Positions 58,129 to 64,000 of a DNA stretch of 64,000 nucleotides are shown one piece after another (positions within the stretch are counted from its first letter, which is position 1; each line of letters opens with the position of its first letter). This DNA is from a virus: the IMG/VR virus record IMGVR_UViG_3300031707_000008, positions 1 to 64,000 of that record. One strand, 5' to 3'. The notes under the pieces are model-generated. The model had not been told where the DNA came from. It ran no database searches and saw only the letters and a list, made by a program, of their open reading frames with translations. The translations under genes and the position numbers were made by a program.

Positions 58129-58770
58129 ATGGAAACGACGAAGGAAGCTTTAACGAATTTTTCACACCGAATAAAAAAGCGTGTTGTTAGTTTGTCAGGT
58201 TTAATGCGCACGCGACCCGTTTGCTTGAGTTATACTGTAGGTGTTTATACATTTGGTGGGGTAGCTGATGTGTTGTTGAGGGCTAGAGAGAATTTCTTTC
58301 CTGATCGTGGATTGACTTTACTTGAATCGGAAGATTCTTTGCAAACATGTGGGAGTTTATTTCTTTTGGCTGCAAGTATTGAGGCTTGGTTGAAAGACGC
58401 GGAAACGTTGCTGCCCCAAGAGATTGACGATCCCTTTCAGTTACCACTTGAAGCGTATGCCTTGACGGCTACACGTGTTGGAATACTTTTCCCCCCCATT
58501 CAATGTGCTCAAGATTTGGTTATTGCACGATATGAGACGCATGGTGAAACCTATCTTGAGGCGGGCAAAACTCATTTAATTTCGACGATTTGTGACAAGA
58601 TCGATAGATTTCGACATGTTGTGAATTCTATGCAGGGAGACGCTCGGAAAATGCGTGAACCTTGGGTTCAACATGGATTGCACGATCCAAGTATTGACAT
58701 TGTTGGATATTGCATTCTCTTACTTGATTGCTGCTTGTACCGAGGAGAAAACGTGGGCAATGGGTTTTAA
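58129..58770 (+). CDS. Protein with C-terminal nucleotide-modification-associated (Nmad1/DUF1599-like) helical pyrophosphatase domain
   Basis: HGETY....ICDKIDRF....DPSIDIVGYCILL. Confidence 0.55.
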   Translation: METTKEALTNFSHRIKKRVVSLSGLMRTRPVCLSYTVGVYTFGGVADVLLRARENFFPDRGLTLLESEDSLQTCGSLFLLAASIEAWLKDAETLLPQEIDDPFQLPLEAYALTATRVGILFPPIQCAQDLVIARYETHGETYLEAGKTHLISTICDKIDRFRHVVNSMQGDARKMREPWVQHGLHDPSIDIVGYCILLLDCCLYRGENVGNGF

Positions 58771-59287
58771 GAAAGTGGTTTTTGATCTGGAAATTTCCGT
58801 CAGTCCGGATGACGTTGGTGGGTGGAAGCATGATTTGTTGCCGGTTTCAGTTGCTGTGGTATCTGCTCTTGATGATACAAGGTATTTGGTATTTTTGGAA
58901 CATCAAATGCCTGCATTGATTGATTTACTTTCGCGTGTAGAAGTAATTGGTTTTAACACGGAGGCTTTCGATTTTAACGTTTTAAGAAAATATGGGTTTG
59001 TTTCCCCCGGTGGATCGATTGATATGCTTGCTTACTTGATGAAGAATCTTACGCGTCGTGTTTCTCTTGCGCACTTATTGGAAGTGAACTTTTGTGATTG
59101 GCACAAGAAAGAAAAGGGGGAGGATGCCCCACGATTGTGGCAAGCCGGAGAAAAAACACGCGTAATTGAGTATTGTCGTGAAGATGTTCGTCAAACGAAA
59201 ATGTTGTACTTGTTGGGGAGAGAACGGGGTTGGTTGTATGCACGTTACGGCGGATGGGATATCAAAAAGGTTGTAGTTGATTGGTAA
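58760..59287 (+). CDS. RNase H-fold (DEDD-like) exonuclease
   Basis: VVFDLEI, IGFN..AFDF, SL..L, YCREDV. Confidence 0.85.
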   Translation: MGFKKVVFDLEISVSPDDVGGWKHDLLPVSVAVVSALDDTRYLVFLEHQMPALIDLLSRVEVIGFNTEAFDFNVLRKYGFVSPGGSIDMLAYLMKNLTRRVSLAHLLEVNFCDWHKKEKGEDAPRLWQAGEKTRVIEYCREDVRQTKMLYLLGRERGWLYARYGGWDIKKVVVDW

Positions 59288-59298
59288 GGAGGCGTGGG

Positions 59299-59487
59299 AT
59301 GAAGGTAACAACCAAATTCATGGACAAGTTCAAAAACGAGAGTTTTACTGGCGAGATTGCTGAATGTTGTGGAAAGACATTGTTTGACGAATGCGGAAAT
59401 GTAGATACGTTCGTCCTAAATGATTTTCTTGTACTACTCACAAAGGAATTAATAGAGATAAGGCGTGAAAGATACAAGGTGTTTTAA
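59299..59487 (+). CDS. Hypothetical protein
   Basis: AAGGAGG RBS. Confidence 0.55.
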   Translation: MKVTTKFMDKFKNESFTGEIAECCGKTLFDECGNVDTFVLNDFLVLLTKELIEIRRERYKVF

Positions 59488-59584
59488 GTTTCTTGATACG
59501 CGGGCGCGGAAGACATTGCTTAATAGATTTCAAATACGTACTCATCAAGGAAATCTTAACAAGACTTTTCGAAAGAGGTGAAAC

Positions 59585-60445
59585 GTGAAGTTGGCGTTTG
59601 AAGTGCCTTTAACTTGCTTGGAATTTTTTGAACCCTTAGAGGATTATGGTTTTGCTCTTTCGAAATATGTTTTGTCGGATGCGAATTACGCAGCGTTTTT
59701 TCGTAAAAGGTCCCCCACGATTCTTGATTGTATGACGTATGAGGAAGGGGATTCTGGATCGTTCGAGTCCATTCTACAGGCAATTGACTTAATTGATCCG
59801 AGTGCAATTATCATTCCGGATACGTTGTACGAATGTGATAAGACAATCGAGAAGGGTCGAAATTTTATTCAATTGTTAAAGAAGACGCAGTTGTGGAAAG
59901 GTCAATCATTGATTGGGGTGTTGCAAGGACGTACACCGGACGAATATATGAAGTGCTTGCACTTTTTTCGCTCGTACACGGACTTTTTCGCGTTACCTAC
60001 TTCTCCTCGTATTGGGGAAGAGGCTGCCGAAGGGGTTTCACTCAAGGAACGTTTGGAGTTGCGTTCGGCTTTTCGCGCAAGAATTCTTCAACAATTAAGA
60101 TTCGAGTCAGGAGAAAGTGTGCATTTGTTAGGAATAGACAACCCAATTGAGGTGAGTTTCTTCAAGGAATTTCCCTTTATTGTTTCTGCGGATACATCAA
60201 AACCGATCAAATATGGTTTTGCTGATATTATGTTTGAACCCCTACAAGGGTTACCTGAAGACGCATCATTAAATGTTCGTAAGGATATGCTAGTTGAAGA
60301 ATTGAATCGTGGGGCGCTATATCGTGCTGCTTATAACATTATCGTGATGCGTTATTGGTTGGGTGAGTCCTTTGATAGTGTGTTTGCAAAGTTATTGCGC
60401 TTGACTCGTGGGGCGTTTGTGTTTGGAAGGTCACCAGTCGCATGA
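59585..60445 (+). CDS. TGT/DpdA-like TIM-barrel protein (candidate DNA 7-deazaguanine transglycosylase)
   Basis: ILD....E.G, IIPD, GVLQG, VHLLG, SADTS pattern; genome carries folE/queD/queE/gat-queC. Confidence 0.65.
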   Translation: MKLAFEVPLTCLEFFEPLEDYGFALSKYVLSDANYAAFFRKRSPTILDCMTYEEGDSGSFESILQAIDLIDPSAIIIPDTLYECDKTIEKGRNFIQLLKKTQLWKGQSLIGVLQGRTPDEYMKCLHFFRSYTDFFALPTSPRIGEEAAEGVSLKERLELRSAFRARILQQLRFESGESVHLLGIDNPIEVSFFKEFPFIVSADTSKPIKYGFADIMFEPLQGLPEDASLNVRKDMLVEELNRGALYRAAYNIIVMRYWLGESFDSVFAKLLRLTRGAFVFGRSPVA

Positions 60446-62949
60446 GTTTTTGTGGAAGATGCGAGTTATGTAAGGGTTTACCCCCACAATTTCGCCATCC
60501 TACTGAAGGTGTTGGAAATCCTCATGCTGAAATAATGTTCGTAGGAGAAGCACCAGGTTATAACGAAATGGTGCAAGGTCAACCCTTTGTGGGGAGAGCA
60601 GGGAAAGTCTTAGATAAAATGTTGTCTGTTATGGGGTTATGGCGCGCGGATGTTCGCCTTGAAAATGCAGTAAGATGCAAACCCCCCGACAATCGCGATC
60701 CGAACAAACATGAGATGGTGGCATGCAAACCCTATTTGGATGACACGATTGTGAAGTTAAAACCCAAGTTGATTGTTACTTTGGGGCACATTCCGTTGGA
60801 GACGCTTTTAGGTTTCAAGACAATTACTGCTGGTAGAGGTGTTCACAAACTCGAAGTTGAAAATCGTTCTGGTGAAAAACATGTTTGTTGGTGTTGCAGT
60901 ACTTACCACCCCGCAGCCGTTTCTCGTAATTGGGGTTTGCTTGAATCAGTTTTGTGTGATATCGAACGTTTTTTGACGTTTAAGGATCAACCAATTACTG
61001 CCTCCGTCCCGCCGTTCCAACCAATTTACCGAATTTTAACGGTGGAAGACATGGTGAAATTGGCTGCAACAACCACCGGAAGAATTTTTTCTCTCGATCT
61101 AGAAACGACAGGGTTTCATTGGAGACGCGATAAGATTTTATGCGCGGGTTTTTGTGATGTGGAGGTATCTTTGCAAGAAATGGTTTACATTCTTCCTTTG
61201 CACGGATATGCTACTACAAAACTTTGCACAGAGTATTGGACGCCTGAAGATAAGGCAATTGTACTCGCTGCCTTCAAGAAGTTCTTGAGCAATAACCGTT
61301 TCTTTGGGCACAACATCAAGTTTGATTTTCGGTTTTTGTTAGCGCAATTGGGTGTCGAATTGGATATTGAGTTTGACACCATGTTGGCACATCATACGTT
61401 AGATGAGAATTCACCCCACGATATTTATTATTGTGCTGCAACATATCTCGGAATCGATCGTTGGGACAATAACTTGAAGGCTTACTTGCCAAATAGCAAA
61501 GTACCTTATAGTCGCGTTCCTAATGTGGTTTTGTGGGAGTACTTGTCGAAGGATGTTGCGTCATGCAAGTTGTTGCGTGAGGTTTTCTTGCGTCGCTTGA
61601 AAAAGGAAAATTTGCTCGATTTTTATAAAGAGTTTGTTGTCCCAATGATCACGGCCTTGGTGCATGTAGAGTCACGAGGAATTTTGCTTGATTTGAGTTT
61701 GCTTGATGTTTTGAGTGAACAACTGACAAGTGATATTGAAGATAAAACCGAACAGTTATTTAAGTTGACGGGTAAATTCAATTACCGTTCGGTACAACAA
61801 TTGCGCACAATTTTGTTCGAGCAATTGCATTTTCCTACTATTAAGAAAACGCCTACAGGCGCACCTAGTACAGACAAGGAGATTTTGGAAAGATATCAGA
61901 ATTTAGACTTTTTCTGTAGTGGCGATAAGACGAGATTTCGTGAAGCAGCAAACGTTCCACGTTTGTTGCTTGAACTGAGAGGGCTCGAAAATGATTTGTC
62001 TCGCTTCAAGAGTGATGCTGGGTTGAAGGCAAGTGTTTGGGCGGATGGAAGAATTCACTCGAACTTTAACATTCATGGTACGCGTAATGGACGTTTGTCG
62101 AGTTCGGAACCCAACATTCATACATTACCTCGAGCGGGGGCTCTTGAGGGGATGGCAAGATTATTGTTTACTGCCCCCAAGGATTGGAAGATACTGGAGG
62201 CGGACTACTCCCAAGCCGAATTGAGAGTTGCTGCTTGGTTGTCACAGGATTACGCAATGTGTGAGAGTTTTAGAAACAAGAAAGATATTCATGTTCTCTC
62301 AGCGTCAGCGATGTACAACAAACCTCCTGAGGAAATCACTGACGACGAACGCTATCTTGCAAAGTTTATCAATTTCGGTTTGTTGTACGGACGAGGTTAT
62401 AAGTCACTTGCAGAACAATTTAAGGTGTCAGAACAACAAGCGCAAGAGTATATTGCACGCTACTTCAAATTGTATGAGGGTTTGAATCGGTGGATTGATG
62501 ATTTACATGAGCATGCGAAGGCGTTGGGGGAATTGCGGAATGTCTTTGGAAGAAGGAGAACATTTCCTGGACACATTAGTGATGAAGAGTGGGAGTTGTC
62601 GGAAATTGAGAGGCAGGCCGTAAACTTCCCATGTGCATCAACGGTCTCGGATTGCATCACACGTTCGACTATCATGTTAGACAAAGTTGGGAAACAACTT
62701 GGTTTGCGAGGCGGAATGACAATGAGTCTTCATGACTCAATTTTTATCGAGAGTCCGCCGGATGAAATCCGTATATTTCTTAAACTGATCCGTTGCTTTA
62801 TGTTGATACCTGTCAAAGGTGATTTTGCGATTCCCGTGGATGTGAAAATAGGTCCACGTTGGGGAGATGCGGAAGAGAAGCATTCGTTCTCGGAAGGAGA
62901 CTACATACCATGGTCGGTATTGAAGGAAGAACTCTTGCCGAGCAACTGA
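60442..62949 (+). CDS. Family A DNA polymerase with N-terminal family-4 uracil-DNA glycosylase domain (SPO1-like)
   Basis: FVGEAPG, PFVGRAG, RCKPP.NR, YHPAA; exonuclease DLETTG/HN..FD; GRLSSSEPN, ADYSQAELR, AKFINFGLLYG, HDSI. Confidence 0.95.
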   Translation: MSFCGRCELCKGLPPQFRHPTEGVGNPHAEIMFVGEAPGYNEMVQGQPFVGRAGKVLDKMLSVMGLWRADVRLENAVRCKPPDNRDPNKHEMVACKPYLDDTIVKLKPKLIVTLGHIPLETLLGFKTITAGRGVHKLEVENRSGEKHVCWCCSTYHPAAVSRNWGLLESVLCDIERFLTFKDQPITASVPPFQPIYRILTVEDMVKLAATTTGRIFSLDLETTGFHWRRDKILCAGFCDVEVSLQEMVYILPLHGYATTKLCTEYWTPEDKAIVLAAFKKFLSNNRFFGHNIKFDFRFLLAQLGVELDIEFDTMLAHHTLDENSPHDIYYCAATYLGIDRWDNNLKAYLPNSKVPYSRVPNVVLWEYLSKDVASCKLLREVFLRRLKKENLLDFYKEFVVPMITALVHVESRGILLDLSLLDVLSEQLTSDIEDKTEQLFKLTGKFNYRSVQQLRTILFEQLHFPTIKKTPTGAPSTDKEILERYQNLDFFCSGDKTRFREAANVPRLLLELRGLENDLSRFKSDAGLKASVWADGRIHSNFNIHGTRNGRLSSSEPNIHTLPRAGALEGMARLLFTAPKDWKILEADYSQAELRVAAWLSQDYAMCESFRNKKDIHVLSASAMYNKPPEEITDDERYLAKFINFGLLYGRGYKSLAEQFKVSEQQAQEYIARYFKLYEGLNRWIDDLHEHAKALGELRNVFGRRRTFPGHISDEEWELSEIERQAVNFPCASTVSDCITRSTIMLDKVGKQLGLRGGMTMSLHDSIFIESPPDEIRIFLKLIRCFMLIPVKGDFAIPVDVKIGPRWGDAEEKHSFSEGDYIPWSVLKEELLPSN

Positions 62950-63326
62950 ACGTACGTGCAGACGTAAAAATCTCGACGCGTGCGGAACTCGTTCACGAGT
63001 TAGCGGTTGTCCCAGCAGAATTTTATGCCGTGATTGGAGAATTGTCGGCTGCACGGCGCGCGTTGAATCAAGCTAAACGTGACTTGAGAATATACGAGGG
63101 AGAGTCCGACTTGAAATCTCGTCGGCAACTAACTATTGGGAATTGGGCACCTTCTGATAAACAGGTGGATCGCGCAATTCAGGCAACTGTGCGTTGGCGA
63201 GAGTTGGATGAGCGATTCTCTAGTGCTCAAGAGTATACGAAGAGTCTTGAAGATTTGCGTGAGTTGTTGTTAATCAAAAAAGAGATGTTGCAATCCATTG
63301 GTGGACAATTACGTGGTGATGAGTAG
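62910..63326 (+). CDS. Coiled-coil protein, possibly a UvsY-like recombination mediator
   Basis: Size, helical pattern and position between polymerase and SSB. Confidence 0.45.
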   Translation: MVGIEGRTLAEQLNVRADVKISTRAELVHELAVVPAEFYAVIGELSAARRALNQAKRDLRIYEGESDLKSRRQLTIGNWAPSDKQVDRAIQATVRWRELDERFSSAQEYTKSLEDLRELLLIKKEMLQSIGGQLRGDE

Positions 63327-63350
63327 TTTTAACTTGTGAAGGAGGACGAG

Positions 63351-63617
63351 ATGGATAAGGCAACTAGGGCGACTCAGGTATCAGAGCAGGTGTGTGCGAA
63401 TAGTTCCGTTATTGGCACGATTGAGCAACAAACAACAGAACTTTTCAAGAGGTTGAAGCCATTAATACGTGATTGCCCTCCTCCACCCCCCTCCGGATCG
63501 GTGGACAAAGCGGAAGAAGTTTTAGTCGATCATGCCGCAACCCTAAAAGGAATGCACATGCGACTAACGCTTATTAGTGAAACGCTCGATTCTATTATTG
63601 ACCGGCTTGAATTTTAG
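63351..63617 (+). CDS. Hypothetical protein
   Basis: AAGGAGG RBS; 88 aa. Confidence 0.7.
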   Translation: MDKATRATQVSEQVCANSSVIGTIEQQTTELFKRLKPLIRDCPPPPPSGSVDKAEEVLVDHAATLKGMHMRLTLISETLDSIIDRLEF

Positions 63618-63633
63618 TAACGCAAGAAGGAAT

Positions 63634-63711
63634 TCTCGGCTTGTGGTGGTGCCACAGATGAAAACGGCATTACCTGATAGTGGCTTAACGGTAGCCGCCC
63701 GCGAGCCGAGA
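63634..63711 (+). ncRNA. Putative structured leader RNA element, copy 2
   Basis: TCTCGGCTTGTGG/CCGCGAGCCGAGA closing stem (G-U variants of copy 1), internal hairpins. Confidence 0.55.
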
Positions 63712-63726
63712 GAGAAGGAGGACGAG

Positions 63727-64000
63727 ATGGATCTCGAGAAGATTAAGAAGCGCTTCGGCGAATTGCAAACGGGGAGTTATTTCACTCCCAAGCCGGGGCA
63801 AAATCGCGTTCGTTTTTTGCCTCCCAAGGAACCGACGGATGTTTACTATCGTGAAGTATACGTCCATTGGAACGTTGGGCCTGCTAAACAAATGGTATTG
63901 TGTTTGGCAAAGAGTCGTGGTCAAAGGTGTTTCATTTGTGAGCAGATTGCTGCGTTACGCGCAGTAAATGATCCCGCACGCGCACCCCATTCGCAAGCAC
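63727..64000 (+). CDS. gp32-like single-stranded DNA-binding protein (partial)
   Basis: Manually translated: NRVRFLPP...VHW...VLCL.....CFICE. Confidence 0.75.
   Translation, partial: MDLEKIKKRFGELQTGSYFTPKPGQNRVRFLPPKEPTDVYYREVYVHWNVGPAKQMVLCLAKSRGQRCFICEQIAALRAVNDPARAPHSQA

Larger units (their letters stand above)
63338..63732 (+). repeat. 19-bp direct repeat GAAGGAGGACGAGATGGAT spanning RBS and start codon
   Basis: Identical at 63338-63356 and 63714-63732. Confidence 0.9.

Noticed and set aside
60442-62949. UDG-PolA fusion as a novelty, or an intein/intron in the polymerase
   Set aside because: The fusion is known from SPO1-like phages, and the ORF is continuous and of normal length
7271-63924. 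Minus-strand and alternative-frame ORFs across the rightward arm
   Set aside because: Shadows of well-supported, tightly packed plus-strand genes

Overview
This window is part of a tailed dsDNA phage genome with a long non-contractile (siphovirus-type) tail; no sheath gene is seen. (1) 1-6.9 kb is a mostly non-coding control region. It holds three promoter-proximal arrays of a 25-bp quasi-palindromic TAA-N19-TTA motif whose spacing is conserved and helically phased, a ~3 kb degenerate inverted duplication carrying two paralogous ~55-aa genes, and a 7x 42/43-bp tandem repeat. (2) 7-17 kb holds accessory genes, including a glycan-modification cluster: two GT2 enzymes, a B12-binding radical SAM enzyme, two methyltransferases and an NDP-sugar epimerase. 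(3) 17-37 kb is morphogenesis: a degenerate ligase-fold protein, a prohead protease with a nested scaffold start, the major capsid protein, connectors with an embedded triple-GT2+TPR glycosyltransferase, tail tube, frameshifted chaperones, tape measure, a CBM-bearing Dit, a fibre and Tal. (4) 37-42 kb holds lysis genes interleaved with 7-deazaguanine genes (queD, folE, gat-queC). (5) 41-64 kb is replication and nucleotide metabolism: SF2 helicase, SbcCD, PRTase, DnaB, primase, queE, MazG-like, ClpP-like, sigma factor, a DpdA/TGT-like protein, UDG-PolA and a gp32-like SSB. No terminase, portal, integrase, tRNA or CRISPR array was recognised. All protein calls come from motif recognition by eye, not database searches.
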